Assembly (NCBI GenBank): GCA_951406725.2 | Contig: OX597836.1 | Coordinates: 38,936,001-39,000,000, forward strand | Source of the DNA: Octopus vulgaris | Lineage: Eukaryota | Length of the DNA: 64,000 nucleotides | Direction of reading: 5' to 3' | Part shown: positions 40,291-55,130 of the stretch, piece after piece | How positions within the stretch are numbered: position 1 is the stretch's first letter | Layout of the letters: every line of letters begins with the position of its first letter | Notes under the pieces: model-generated | Seen by the model: only the letters and a program-made list of their open reading frames with translations | Databases searched by the model: none | What the model was told of the DNA's origin: nothing | Translations under genes and position numbers: made by a program

Positions 40291-40629
40291 GTAAAAGCGA
40301 TCACGTCAGAATTTGAAGTCAGAAAATTGTATTTCAGCGCTGTGCAGATTCTGCGACTTATTAATGATGATAATGATGATGATGATGATAATCCTTTTTG
40401 TAATAGACATAAGGGTTGACATTTTTGGGTGGGGGACTAGTCGATTAAATCGACTTCCAGTGCGTAACTGGTACTTATTTGATCAATCCCGAAAGGATGA
40501 AAGGCAAAAAACGACTTTGGCGAAATGTGAACTCAGAACGTGAAGTGAGACGAAATGCCGCTAAGCATTTCGCCCAGCGTACAAACGATTCTGCCAGCTC
40601 ACCACCTTGATAATAATAATAATAATAAC

Positions 40630-40674
<45 letters not shown>

Positions 40675-40762
40675 CCTTTCTACTAAAGGCACAAGGCCTG
40701 AAATTTGGTGGGAGTCAATTAGATCAACTCCAGTTCGCAACTGTTACTTAATTTAACCCGTG

Positions 40763-40808
<46 letters not shown>

Positions 40809-41047
40809 TATAGTCTTTTATTCTTTTATTTATTTTAGTCATTTGACTGTGACCATGCTGGAGCAGCGCCTCGAAAGTTTTAGTCAAATAAATGAATTTC
40901 AGGACTTTTTAAGCCTAGTAATTATTCTATCGGGATCTTTTGACAAACCGGTACTTTACGGGGGACATAAACACACCCACACCGGTTTTCAAGTGGTGAT
41001 AGGGGACAAACAAAGACACAAAGACTTCACATATATACATACGTAAC

Positions 41048-41100
<53 letters not shown>

Positions 41101-41159
41101 TATTACCTCGGTTTTCGAACAACTCTGAGCGCGAATGAATCATGTCTTATATATATATA

Positions 41160-41391
41160 TAGTTAATCCAAACAAGAAAACACAAAAAAACACAAAAAAA
41201 AAAACACAGCAACGCGAGGCCGTGGAAAAAATAAAGTATTATTGGACGCTCAGGAAAGAAGGGAAGAAGGAGGGTTTAACGTTTCGAGCGGAGCTCTTCG
41301 TCGGAAACAAAGGAGAAGGAAAGATTCCGAGAAGGGAAGACAGAGGGAAAAAAATTGCTGGTAGTGCTCACGAGGTCACATGTTGAAAAAG

Positions 41392-41395
<4 letters not shown>
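41160..41395 (-). mobile_element. Short Penelope-like element, sister of family H
   Basis: TA tracts on both sides; shares GTATTA..ACGCTCAGGAA and hammerhead position with family H. Confidence 0.7.
41274..41308 (-). ncRNA. Minimal hammerhead fold, CCGACGA core
   Basis: GTTT CCGACGA A GAGC-TCC-GCTC GAAACGTT AAAC; stem I GTTT/AAAC. Confidence 0.7.
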
Positions 41396-41455
<60 letters not shown>

Positions 41456-41458
<3 letters not shown>

Positions 41459-41655
41459 AGAGTCTACCTAAAAAACCAAAAGACGAAGACAGGTGCTGTA
41501 CAAAACAAACAGATGTATTAGTATAACGCTCAGGAATAGAAAAAGTCATTTACGTTTCGAGCCTACGCTCTTCCACAGAAAGGGACACAGAAAGAACAAG
41601 GAGAGAAACAAGGAGAGAAAAAAATGTGTGTAGTGGCTAACGATCTATCATGTCG

Positions 41656-41660
<5 letters not shown>
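41456..41660 (-). mobile_element. Family H element
   Basis: Same two ends as 13021-13225. Confidence 0.75.
41547..41582 (-). ncRNA. Minimal hammerhead-like fold, CUGUGGA core
   Basis: CTTT CTGTGGA A GAGCGTAGGCTC GAAACGTA AATG. Confidence 0.6.
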
Positions 41661-41694
<34 letters not shown>

Positions 41695-42581
41695 CGCACG
41701 ATTTATTCGTGATCAGAGGCGTTCGTAAACCGAGGTACTACTGTAGGACTGAAGTCGGAACCGTATAGTTAAGAACTGAAAATCTCGTACTGTATCTTCA
41801 ACAAGTTAGGTACACTCACCTAACTGGAGCATGATATCTTAATATGATCAAATACGATAACTGATATTAGATAATGTGCTGCTAAGAACAAAAAGAGAAA
41901 ATCCGACAGTCGTAATGATAAGATAATTCTATTCGCTAGAGTTTATCAATTGTAGACATTAGAATATTCGTCATTTATTGTGTATGCAAAAATATTTCGG
42001 TAGATATTTTCCAAAACCATCTCTACATTCCGTACGCGATATTTCTAAGGTGTTCATATGTATGTGTGTACACACGTACACACGCTCACGCCCGCACACA
42101 CATACACACATATATGTATATGCTTGTGTAGCTGTGTTTCTTGCCCCTCCCTCCCTCCCACCGGTGCTTGAAACTGATGTTGATGTGTTTACGTCCCCGT
42201 AACTAAGCGATTTGGCAAAACCGATCGATAGAATAAGTAGTACGCTTACAAAGAATAAGCTCTGGGGTCGATTTGTTCAACTAAAGGCGGTACTCCAGCA
42301 TGGCCGCAGTCAAATGACTGAAACAAGTAAAAGAATAAAAGAATAAGAGAAATATATATATATATACTCTTTTACTCTTTCACTTGTTTCAGTCATTTGA
42401 CCGTGGCCATGCTGGAGCACCGCCTTTAGTCGAGCAAATTGACCCCAGGACTTATTCTCTGTAATCCTAGTACTTATTCTATCGTTCTCTTTTGCTGAAC
42501 CGCTAAGTTGCGGGGACTTAAACACACTAGCATCCGTTGTCAAGCGATGTTGTGGGGGACAAACACAGACACACAAACATG

Positions 42582-42613
<32 letters not shown>

Positions 42614-42619
42614 CATACA

Positions 42620-42688
<69 letters not shown>

Positions 42689-42689
42689 G

Positions 42690-43250
42690 ACAGCATTCAC
42701 ACGCTTAATCTCAGAGTTACCAGAAGATTTAGGGTACAAATTTAGAGTTTTCTTTATACTCTTATGTAAATGAGTATAGTTGATGGTAGTAACGTGTTTT
42801 GAAAGCATTCGCTGTGAACTTATGTATTTTGCCGATACCATCTAGGGTGATATATATACTCTAACGGAAACTGTTGCATAACAAGGATGCATACCTTTTG
42901 TAAAATATCTTCCTTCGGGTATCAGGTAGATTGATTTATTCAGGATCTTTACTAACAATAACATCAACGCTTTAAAAGCCATCACGCCTGACCTTGTTGT
43001 AGAGCAAACGATTAGATTCAGAGGCGATTGTCTGTTTGCGATGAGAGAAATATTGATCCATATACTAGAAGATGGCAGTTTGTAGTAACAAACGTCCTTT
43101 CGCATGTACTGCTTGATAAATTACTTTCTGTAGCTTTACATATCTGACACTGCTCAGCACAGATCCCGAATATTTAAGAGAAGTTCTAAGAGTATATCTG
43201 TTTAGATGTTTTACATGATTGCTTCGAATTCCCTTCATCTATAAAATATA
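42690..43250 (-). mobile_element. Decayed RTE-type LINE fragment (post-RT region)
   Basis: Traces KYSGSVLSS (YLGS), KVIYQAV, RW..LLPS; frameshifted. Confidence 0.45.
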
Positions 43251-43507
43251 CTTCCTTCCAGTTGTGAGCAACCAGTTTTAAGAGGTAACTTTTATCTCTT
43301 GAACCCAGAGTGTAAACTTATCGCACACGTTTTATTTTTGTTTATTTTAACAATATTGACCACCGTTTTCCCTAGTTTGACTGATAATGGTTAATGGAAC
43401 ATCTTATCTTTCTTTATGCATTATTTTTAATGGTGCCTGAAGCCACCAACTTTAATCAAGTAACGAAATATTATTCGCTCTCTTTTCAATAGAGAATAAT
43501 GTGTGTG

Positions 43508-43582
<75 letters not shown>

Positions 43583-43593
43583 GTATATATATG

Positions 43594-43624
<31 letters not shown>

Positions 43625-43627
43625 GTA

Positions 43628-43666
<39 letters not shown>

Positions 43667-44174
43667 TTATATTTTTTACTGGAAACCCTAAAGGCTTAGA
43701 GAACATGCTCTATATAATGACACAAAACTACCTAATTTAAAAACCTTAATAAATAAAAAAAAAATATGAAAGGAATAAAATCAAAATAAAAGTATAAAAA
43801 ATAAGCTAAATTTTTTTTTTTTTTTAATTTCAAAAATAAACTCCCATGAACAAATAATTATTTTCTGAAAAGCAACATCAATTTCTACAGCTGTTTATAG
43901 CATTCTGCTAAGTGAAAAAATCGGGAAAAATCGATGATCTTTCTGTCCCCTCGGGTGTAAACAAACATATTTATACTTATATATAGGCACAGACACAAGC
44001 GCCCGCTTACACGCACACACGCGTGCTCGGACAGCAACCGCGCTGGGTAGTGGATTGAAGAATGAAGCTGAAGATAGCAACCATAAGGAGGATTTTAGTC
44101 TGGCACCATTTTATTGTTGACGATTTGTCGAGCTGTTCAGTTATGGGACTCATATAAACACAGATCCAGACACA

Positions 44175-44487
44175 TACACAAGGCCCGAAATTTTAGGGGA
44201 AGGAGTCAATCGATTAGATCGAACTCAGTACGTAACTGGTACTTAATCGACAACGAAAGGATGAAATGTAAAGTCGACCTCGGCGGAATTTGAACTCAGA
44301 ATGTATAGACAGACGAAATACATATTTCTTTACTACCCACAAGGGGCTAAACACAGAGAGGACAAACAAGGACAGACAAACGGATTAAATCGATTATGTC
44401 GACCCCAGAGCGTAACCCCGAAAAGATGAAAGGCAAAGTCGACCTCGGCGGATTTTGAACTCAGAACGTAAAAACAGACGAAATACT
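44175..44487 (-). mobile_element. SINE family A dimer truncating the Tigger transposase
   Basis: Match to family A. Confidence 0.8.
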
Positions 44488-45612
44488 GTCTAGAGTTAGA
44501 TTTTTTATTTTCGGTGACCTCAAAGCACCGACGAAACAGGTGTTTGGTGTACAATTTCTTAAAATTAGAAACCACCTGTTGGTCCATGCGCTACATGATA
44601 GGGTTGGTGTTGTATGAAAGATATAGAACTTTTAGGAATTTAAAGTCGTCCAGGATATCATCTAAGGAGGTATTCAGGAGCATTGTTGAGGATGAGGAGG
44701 GTCTTGAGAGGAAGATCGTTCTCCAAAAGCTATCTTTTCACTGCTGGTCCGAAGACAAGTTTAACCCATTCGTTGAAGAATTGCCTGGTGACCCAGGAAT
44801 TAACGTTTGCCCCCCCCCCCCCACATTACCATTAGCTTCTCCTTTCGGATTTTGTGCGACTTGAACGCTTCAGGGTTTTCGGAATGGTAGACAAGGAGCG
44901 GTGTAATCTTCAAGTTTCCACTCGCATTGGTACAAAGGGTGAGAGCCAAACTGTGATAGGCTCGTGGCCTGGCATTTTCTTCTCCTTTGCAGTTGTGCAG
45001 GTTCTTCTGGGCATTTTTTCCCAAAGAGGCCAGTTTTACCACAGTTGAATACCTATTATGCTATGTACCCGTCGGCTGCGGTGTGCTGACGGAATTCACG
45101 CAAGAAATCCTCAGCTGCCTTCGTGTCGGAACCCGCTGCTTCTCCATACCTGACCAGGTTATGAAGGCCAGTCCTCTTCTTGAAATTATCGAACCAGCAG
45201 CGACAGGCCTTAAATGCGTCTGCTGATGTTTTCTCCGTCGATGTTCCAGGGTTCTGCTTCAGAAGATTCCCATACAACACTCGTGCTTTCTCGCAGATAA
45301 TGGTCTCCGTAATCGTATCCGCTGCGAGTTGCTCATCGTTGATCCACAGGAGAAGCAATTTTTCCATCCCTTCGTGGATGGATGTGCATTGTAACGTCCC
45401 TTTGCTGCTGTAACAGTCTTGATGTCGTCCTTTTCCTTCAGGATGGAGCAGATCGTCGACATATTTTCGTCATAGTGACGTGCCGTGTCCACTACATACA
45501 CTCTTCTCTCATATCTATCAATGAGTTCCTTCTTCAATTCTCTCGTAATCGGCTGTTTCTTCTTCTCACCACTGTCTTTTGCACTAACCTTCTTCAAACC
45601 AATGGCTAACAT
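44488..45612 (-). mobile_element. Tigger/pogo DNA transposon transposase pseudogene (HTH, CENP-B-like, DDE_1)
   Basis: Frameshifted segments KKVSAKDSGEKKKQPITRELKKELI, MEKLLLLWIN..IICEKAR..FKACRCWFDNFKKR..YGEAAGSD, LCTNASGNLKITPLLVYHSENP, WVTRQFFNEW, LLILNNAP, MDQQVVSNFKKLY. Confidence 0.9.
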
Positions 45613-46194
45613 AATTAAGTATTATAAAATAATAGCAATAAAACGCACAAAACTAAAAAAAAAATTCTGGGAAAAACACAATAGGAATGTCGCCACAACG
45701 AGATAGACACATGAACTGTATATATATCTATATCACTTTGTGTATATATATCTATATCACTTTGTGATAAGTGCACCAAACCTCACGTGCGCATATGCTC
45801 TACTTTTTGCGTATGCTTGTATGACCGAGCGTATTCGCACCATACAGTTTGCCCGAGGACGTTTGTACATCCATATCTGTTAACGGTTATTTTAAATACT
45901 TTTCTCGCTGGATTGCGTGTTCGTTTCTCTTTTTGACATCTGTGATTCTATTTTTGATCTTCTATACAAATGAAGATATTTCCTCCGTCTGACTGCTTTT
46001 CTCTCTACAAAACGGAAAGCTATATTGCGGAACGGTCATATATTTATCACTCGACGAGATACATCTGCACCACCGGATGCACCTGAACCAGTTGTTGAGT
46101 GTCCTACCCAAGAGGAATCGATGCTAGATGTTTCAAAATAATTGTCGTGATTAATAACGAATCCTTGTGTATTCCAACTTCCGTCTTTCACTTG

Positions 46195-46242
<48 letters not shown>

Positions 46243-46261
46243 GTGTTTGTATGTATGTGTA

Positions 46262-46331
<70 letters not shown>

Positions 46332-46729
46332 TATTTATATATACACACATTCATATACATATGGTTGTATATATGTGGTTATACTTCGACGTGGATTTCC
46401 GGTAAACATGGCCGCATCTTGTCGTTGATGGCTGCCGTTGGATGACTAACACCGTTTGTCGTTACTATTCTTGACTTCTCAGTCTATTTCAGTAGGCAAT
46501 AAGAAATTAATCTTATTGTGTTTGACCTTCAGTTACGATGGTTTGCTTCTATTTCTGACATCGCTAACAAGGAAGATCCTGAAATAACACCAGAAAGGTT
46601 GTATATCTCACCCTATGGATTTATCGATGTCTTCTACAAATAGTGGAATGACTCAGGAACCGCAGCAAATCGAATCATATTTACACTTAGAAAAAAAAAA
46701 ATTTCTAAGAAAATTTATGAAAACGTTTA

Positions 46730-46790
<61 letters not shown>

Positions 46791-46814
46791 TATTATCATA
46801 CTCTCTTTACTCTC

Positions 46815-47008
46815 TTTTACTTGTTTCAGTCATTTGACTGCGGCCGTGCTGGAGCACCGCCTTTAATCGAGCAACTCGATTCCGGGACTTATTCCTTTGT
46901 AAGCCCAGTACTTATTCTATCGGTCTCTTTTGCCGAACCGCTAAGTAACGGGGACATAAACACACCAGCATTGGTTGTCAAGCAATGCTAGGGGGACAAA
47001 CACACACA

Positions 47009-47069
<61 letters not shown>

Positions 47070-47227
47070 GACGGGCTTCTTTCAGTTTCCGTCTACCAAA
47101 TCCACTCACAAGGCTTTGGTCGGCCCGAGGCTATAAAAGACACTTGCCTAAGGTGCCACGTAGTGAGACTGAACCCGGAACCATGTGGTTGGTAAACAAG
47201 CTACTTAACACACAACCACTCCTGCCC
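46815..47227 (-). mobile_element. SINE family B, full length, between (TTA)n tracts
   Basis: Head, body, internal TA tract and tail all present. Confidence 0.85.
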
Positions 47228-47228
47228 C

Positions 47229-47300
<72 letters not shown>

Positions 47301-47320
47301 CATCATCATCATCATCATCA

Positions 47321-47360
<40 letters not shown>

Positions 47361-47380
47361 CATCATCATCATCATCATCA

Positions 47381-47432
<52 letters not shown>

Positions 47433-47571
47433 AGACGGTGTGCCAGCAAAATTGTTAACATCCCAGGCCAAATGCTAAGTGGCATTTCGTACGTCTTTAC
47501 GGTCTGAGTTCAAATTCCGTCGTGTTTCGACTTAGCCTTTCATCTTCTCTAGTGCGGATAAAATAAGTACC

Positions 47572-47830
47572 AGTTCAATCGATTCCCGGCGGCACCCTGT
47601 GTCCTTGAACAAGACATTTTATTTTACGTTGCTTCAGTTCACTCAGTTGGCAAAAATGAGTAGTACCCGTATTTCAAAGGATCAGCCTTATCGCAATCTG
47701 TATCACGATGAATCTCACCGAGAATTACGTTAATGGAACGGTCTGCCATTTGTACCCTAACTTCATGAGCAGGCTGCTTTGATGTTCGGATCAACTGGAA
47801 CACTCGTTGTCCTAAGCCACTGCACTGAGT
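47572..47830 (+). mobile_element. Further CORE-type SINE (family D), diverged; tail fragment also at 48625-48700
   Basis: GTTCAATCGATTCCCGG..GTGTCCTTGAACAAGACATTT..AAAATGAGTA. Confidence 0.5.
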
Positions 47831-48232
47831 ACCAGTTTATTTGCACTCCATAGCCACCTCGGTAATTTTCACATCACCGAAACACCTTTTGCACTACTTA
47901 GAAATTTATTTTGATCTTCGAACGAGGACTAAAATTAGTTACAATCTTTAACTGGAAACGTTAGTGAAATCTATTTTGGCTCGCTTGAAGTATTGAGAAA
48001 TTTGAAAATGTCTTTATAATAAGTTGCTACAATGCAAATAGATCTATAAATAATCATATGTCAAGTATAAGACAGAGACGTTATTCGATAGTCGGAAGCC
48101 ATTTTCTCGGCTGTTCTCTGTCGTCAAAGGGTATTTTACCCGATGTATAAGAAATGGTTATTTATGGTACCATTAGCATTGCGAAAGTTTCTTGAATTTC
48201 TCAATGCTTCAAGTGAACTCACACACACACAC

Positions 48233-48313
<81 letters not shown>

Positions 48314-48331
48314 GATATATATATATATATA

Positions 48332-48487
48332 TTTCTCTCTTTGTTTTTTTTTCTGTGTCCCTTTCTGTAGAAGAGCGTAGGCTCGAAACGTAAAAGTCTT
48401 TTTCTATTCCTGAGCGTTATACTAATACATCTGTTTATTTTGTACACCACCTGTCTTCGTCTTTTGTTTTTTTCGTAAACTCTCCCT
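48332..48487 (+). mobile_element. Family H element between TA tracts
   Basis: Match to other family H copies. Confidence 0.75.
48361..48396 (+). ncRNA. Minimal hammerhead-like fold, CUGUAGA core
   Basis: CTTT CTGTAGA A GAGCGTAGGCTC GAAACGTA AAAG. Confidence 0.65.
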
Positions 48488-48489
48488 AT

Positions 48490-48563
<74 letters not shown>

Positions 48564-48719
48564 TGTATGTATGTATGTATGTATGCATGTATGTATGTAT
48601 GTATGTATGTATGTATGTATAGATTAAGGGTAAGCGTGTCTGTGGTGTTCTCAGCCAATTGCACATTAATTTCACGAGCAGCCTGTTCCGTTATTCGGCC
48701 TCCACACACACGCGCACGA

Positions 48720-48820
<101 letters not shown>

Positions 48821-48959
48821 CGTGTGTGTGTTTGTGTGTGTGTGTGTGTGCGCGCGTGTGCCATACACAAGCATGCCTTCTCGCGGACACATACACTTAT
48901 ATTATGAAAATTACTCTTGCAATTTCGTGATTGATTTTGTTATACTTTTATACTTTCCA

Positions 48960-49265
48960 TTTAAATTCTCTATTTTAAAGTTCTGCAAAAACTGTGAAAC
49001 AGAGAATTTAATATACTGTTTGACCCACCCCAATTACATAGAGAATTATATCGGTGAGACTGGAAACTCCATTTATCAAGGAACAAGAATTCATAGACAA
49101 CAAATCGAATTAACTAGGAACCCTCTCAACAAACATTTAGAAATGTTCGCAGAATACAGATGCAAGATATTTTTCATTCTCTAAATGCCCGAGGGACAAC
49201 TCAAAATCCTGTAAAGAAATGGAAATAAGATTTATAATATAATTTTCACCAAAACAAAAAGTATA
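48960..49265 (+). pseudogene. Penelope-like GIY-YIG endonuclease remnant
   Basis: CETENLIYCLTHPNYIENYIGETGNSIYQGTRIHRQQI..PLNKH, then stops. Confidence 0.75.
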
Positions 49266-49966
49266 AATATTACATATATAAAATATATTCTTTTATTCTT
49301 TTACTTGTTTCAGTCAGCTGACTGTGACCATGCTGGAGCACCACCTAAAGGGGTTTTAGTCGAAGAAATCGACCCCAGAACTTAGTCTTTGTAAGCTTAG
49401 TACTTATTTTATCGGTCTCTTTTGCTGAACCGCTTGGTTACATCAGCATCAGTTGTCAAGGGATGGCGAGGGGGAACAAACACACACACACATAAATATG
49501 TACATATATATATATATTGCTGTTGAATTTATAAATGGTCTATGACTATTTAATTTTTTCCCACTAGGCCGCTGGTGGCAAAAGAATTCTGCGAAATTTT
49601 CTGGTTAATTCCGTAATGGAATCGGCGGCTTATATTTGCTGCCGATAAATTTGGCGCGAGTGCGATGATTTGAAAATTTTAGGTCAGATATTGCCGAGAC
49701 AGTGGTAGAAGTGCCTCGTGTAAATATCTGCTCCGATCTGGCTGTTCTTTACTGATGAATCTATCGGCCTATGGAAGACTAGCTTGATTTAATTTAATCA
49801 GGTTAGTTTACCATTAAACAATAGAAGAAACGGTGCATCGTATAAAGAATTACAGGGTAAATGTTTTTTTAGGTACGGAATTAATAATTGTTGTTTTGCG
49901 GTTGAAGCCTTGGCTGTTATTTCTAGTGGGTGAATGGCCTATTATGGCCGTTCCTTGATTTTGCTG

Positions 49967-50072
<106 letters not shown>

Positions 50073-50550
50073 ATATTTATATATATGTGACAGGCTTCTT
50101 TCAGTTTCCGTCAACCAAATGAACCAACAAGGCTATGGTCGGTTCGACTATATTTCTCTCTTCCCCAAGGTGCCACACAGTGGGACTGAACCCAGAACTA
50201 TGTGGTACAGAAATTTTCATTAAAAAAATTACTTTTCCAGATGAATCAAAGTAATTACTCGATATTACCGATAATGAGGATCTTGTTACCGGAACTAAAA
50301 TTACTGGAAAAAATTAACTCTTAAACAAACAATACACGGCCAACACATGTATACACACATGCACACACATTCTCGCTCTCGTTCTCTCTCTCTCTCTCTC
50401 TCACACACACATATATACACACACTCACACACACACTTACGCTCTCTCTCTCTCTCACACACACACACATATATACACACACTCACACACACTAACGCTC
50501 TTTCTCTCTCTTTCACTCACTCTCGTTCTCTCATTCTCTCTCATTCTCTC

Positions 50551-50598
<48 letters not shown>

Positions 50599-51165
50599 GC
50601 GCGCGCACCCACATTTAAAAGTATTTCTGAACAATTTGATAACAAAGCAGCCACTGAACGGCCAACCAAGAACCACATGAGCTATTCAATAGCTAAAAGC
50701 TGCAAATCATTGCAACTGATAAAAAGTTTAAGCTTTTGACCTTTCGTCAAATCAGCTTTCCCATAATTTAAAAAATATTCTTCCTTCTCTAACCAAGCCT
50801 CCAAAAATTTCGAAAATACTTTGTCTAAAAATTAACCACATACATGCACACATATTTAGATTCAAAATGACAAATAACATATCAACAGCTCTCAAACATA
50901 CTTTTCCCCAAACTCTAGAAAACGCATTGAACCTATGATATTTTTCAAATAACTCACAACCATATATGAATTCAAGAAATCGATATTTCTAATGCGCGAT
51001 GAGGTAACAGAGTTTATAGTCAAAGGTCGTTTAGCTTGACTCAACATTTTGTTGAATCTTAAAGGGAATGGAAGTACTCAATAAAGTATATTTATACAAA
51101 TTCTGACTACCTTCTACCTTTATTGATACACTCACAGACACACACAAACACACAAATACATATAC

Positions 51166-51260
<95 letters not shown>

Positions 51261-51338
51261 CATATTGATATATATAAATATACACACTCTCTCTTTCTCA
51301 CACACACACACATATATATATATTTACACATATATATT

Positions 51339-51369
<31 letters not shown>

Positions 51370-51386
51370 GTATATATATATATATG

Positions 51387-51425
<39 letters not shown>

Positions 51426-51428
<3 letters not shown>

Positions 51429-51765
51429 TGCAGGAGTGGCTGTGTGGTAAGTAGTTTGCTTACCAGCCACATGGTTCCGGGTTCAATTCCACTGCGTGGC
51501 ATCTTGGGCAAATGTCTTCTACTCTAGCCTCGGGCCGACCAAAGCCTTGTGAGTGGATTTGGTAGATGGACATATATGTGTGCTTGTGTGTCTGTGTTTG
51601 TCCCCCTAGTACTGCTTGACAACCGATGCTGGTGTGTTTATGTCCCCGTCACCTAGCGGTTCGTCAAAAGAGACCGATAGAATAAGTACTAGGCTTACAA
51701 AGAATATGTCCCGGGGTCGATTTCCTCCAGCATGGCCGCAGTCAAATGACTGAAACAAGTAAAAG
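51426..51765 (+). mobile_element. SINE family B
   Basis: GGTGCAGGAGTGGCTGTGTGGTAAG head through tail. Confidence 0.85.
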
Positions 51766-51781
51766 TAAAGTAATGTAAAAG

Positions 51782-51816
<35 letters not shown>

Positions 51817-52739
51817 GAGTGTGTGTTCGTGTTTATTACTATAATATACATGTCGGTTATTTATTCTCTACATTCTAGTGCTAAATTAACTTTCCGCTGT
51901 TCCTTAACACTAACTTAACATGTACGTCTATGTGTGTCTGTGTTTGTGCGTGTGTTTATGCGTATGCATTTGTGTGAGTATGTATATATGCAATTATATG
52001 TACAGAAAGCGCCGGCTTTCTTCCCTATCGCACACTACTAATTATTATTGGTCAACTCAAGATGACCCGCACTGCTTGCCGAAAAAATAAATCGAATCAG
52101 TTAGAATCTTTTGTCTTATAAACTAGCATCCCACGAAACCAGTCAGTTGTCACATTAGCCAGACAACAGTTCGTTAACTCCTGATTATCTATAAAACATC
52201 AGGTTCTATACTATAACCACATATATACCCCTCTCTGTTTGTAGAGGGAACGGCTGTCAAATGATATACTTAGGGAATGATTTATCATAAGCAGTCTATG
52301 ATCGATTATAGAGAATATAATAGCTATTGATTTTATTTTTGTTTTGTTTGTTTCCGCAGAATGATTGTTTCTTTGACAAGCTGAAGAATTTCCAATGTTA
52401 TATTATTATAAGCAGTTTCCTTCTTTTCTTAAAATAAAAGCGGGGAAAAAGAACTAAAAAGATAAGAGACCCAGCAAATAATTTGCAAGAATTTCGGACC
52501 AATATATAACGGCATTTAATACTTAATACTCGCAAAACCAACGAGGCATGGGCACGAAAAGGAAAGAACACACACAAAAAAGACCTTGGACAAGCAATAA
52601 ATTATGGTTTTTTTTTTGTTTTTTGTCGGCTGTTTATAATTCTTATTTTCGCAACATAATACCTATTGTGTGAGATATGATTTGTGGTACTGTAGCATCA
52701 TCATCTCCGCCGCAACCCGAAACCACAACCCCGCCACAG

Positions 52740-53240
52740 CTGTCATCACAACCATCATCACCACTGTCGTCGTGGTCGATATCAGCACCACCACTACCAT
52801 GACCATCTCCACCACCGCCACTAAAACAACCACCACCACCACTACCACCACCACCACCACCACCACGACCATCACCCAACCACCATCACCACCACCACCA
52901 TCACTATCACCACCAACACAACCACCGCCATCATCACCATCACCACCACCACCACCACCACCACCATCATCACCATCACCATCACCACCACCACCACCAC
53001 ACCACCACCATCATCACCACCACCACCACCATCACCACCACCACCATCACTATCACCACTGCCACCACCACCATCATCACCACCACCACCATCATCACCA
53101 CCACCATCACCATCACCACTACCACCACCACCATCATCACCACCACCACCACCACCACCATCACTATCACCACCACCACAACCACAACCACCACCATCAT
53201 CACCATCACCACCACCACCACCACCACCATCATCATCATC

Positions 53241-53272
<32 letters not shown>

Positions 53273-53283
53273 CAACAACATCA
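52740..53283. repeat. (CAC/CAT/CAA)n tract
   Basis: Direct reading. Confidence 0.95.
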
Positions 53284-53290
53284 ACGCCGT

Positions 53291-53520
53291 GGAGGCGCCT
53301 GGCTTAGTTGTTAGGATTGTTGGACTCGTAATCCTGGGGATTAAGCTTTCGAATCCTGGACCGGGCGATGAGTTGAGATCTTGAACAAGGCACTTCGTTT
53401 CACTTTCACTTTGCTGCTGTCCTCTCAGCTGGCAGAATTGAATAACCCTCTGTCCTGTCCAGGTGGGGAATACATACACACCACGGAACCCGAGAAACGG
53501 GCCTTATGTGTATCTCTTAT
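53291..53520 (+). mobile_element. Diverged SINE with family C-like head and type 3-like tail (similar copy at 22667-22860)
   Basis: GGAGGCGCCTGGCTTAGTTGTTAGG..TTCGAATCCTGG..CTTGAACAAGGCACTT..CCTGTCCAGGTGGGGAAT. Confidence 0.55.
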
Positions 53521-53797
53521 ATGATTCAGAAAGGATCTTTATCCTTGTCTTTTTATCACCACCACCACTGTCGTCACAAACACAACCACCGCCATCACTG
53601 CCATCATCACCACCACTACCAGCATCATCATGAAGTGCCGTCTGCTCTCAACAAATTGAATACCATGCATCGCCCTAGTGATATCCATGCTCAGCAAAGA
53701 GAGTGCACGTCTTGGAGGTGGAGTCCCACTACCTTCCATGATCGTTGGTAAAATACGACCAGATTTGAACAACGCGAAATACAACGAGCCGGAACCT

Positions 53798-53835
<38 letters not shown>

Positions 53836-53840
<5 letters not shown>

Positions 53841-53981
53841 TAAGAAGTTTGTTTCCTAACCACATGGTTCCAGGTTCGGTCTTACTGCGTGTCACCTTAA
53901 GCTAATATCTTCTGCTATAGCCTCGGGCAGGCCAAAGCCTTGTGAGTGGATATGGTAGACGGAAACTGAAAGAAGCCCATC

Positions 53982-54013
<32 letters not shown>

Positions 54014-54200
54014 GCACACATATGTGTGTGTGTTTGTATCTGTGTTTGCTCCCTATTGCTTGACAAATGGGGTTGGTGTTTTTACGTCCCCGTAACTTTA
54101 GCGGTTCGACAAAAGTGACCGATAGAATAAGTACCAAGCTTTACAAAAAAGAATAGTAATAATAATAAGTTCTACGATCAATTCGTTCGACTAAAATTCT
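53836..54200 (+). mobile_element. SINE family B
   Basis: Match to family B. Confidence 0.8.
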
Positions 54201-54439
54201 TATACACACACACACACGACAAGGCATCTTGTTCGGCACTTTAACGATTCTGCAAATCGACTGCTTTATATCGATCGACCCCGAAAGTATGGAAAACAAA
54301 GTCGACTTCGGCGGGATTGGAACTTAAAACGAAACGAGCATGAAGAAATACCGCAAGACATTTTGCCCGATACTCTAACGCGTCTACCAAACCGTCAATT
54401 TCGAAAATTCACGAGTTAAACAGTGAGCGCCTCCCGTCC

Positions 54440-55130
54440 GTCTGCTGTTGTAATGTTCCATACTGAATCTTCATTCACTCTCTGTACTTGTGGTCTTCTA
54501 TAGATCCTCTTTGTTTACAATGTATATATTATTCCTGTGGGTATATCTGACATATTTTCCTCTTCTTCAACCAATAAAATTCTTCCGAAATATTTTCTTT
54601 TCAGTTCTCAGTTTACAGCATAATTTTCAGGAAAAATGTTCGTGTTTCGCTTGTTCGATATTTTATTGCTTCGATGTTAACAAAGAACTTTTGTTGATGG
54701 CTTTATTCATCTGGCTTTCTCATATTTTTTTCCTTCATAACATGGCTGTATGTTTTAATGTTAATTACATTTTGCTGCTCTTCAATCTGCTTTACACAGG
54801 AGAGGAAGTAAAAGGGAGATTAAACTTAACTTTTCATATTCTTCTATTTTTCTTTTCTTTCATTCGTCACCTATTGTACTTCAAGAAGCATCAAACACCA
54901 TTCTATCCTTCTATTATAATGCAGTTTTCTTTTTAGAATTCGATTATGAGAATGAAAAATCCTCTATTCCAACACACCGTCTTTATATTTATGAGACTCA
55001 CTCTTCTGTTTCACTATCTTTATAACATAAAGTTGATCTCACTAACAAGGAAGAACATCTTCACAGTCGGTCGACATGTTAGGAATAGCAACCAAATCTC
55101 TTTCAACTCGTGCTACTTTAGTATTAAACA
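54440..55130 (-). mobile_element. Possible decayed RTE-type LINE fragment (endonuclease end and linker)
   Basis: A-rich minus strand, SEINFML (cf. QIDFIL); weak. Confidence 0.3.

Larger units (their letters stand above)
41098..41743. mobile_element. Tigger/pogo-type MITE with two nested insertions
   Basis: TIRs CAGTATTACCTCGGTTTTCGAAC / GTTCGTAAACCGAGGTACTACTG, TA on the right flank. Confidence 0.75.
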
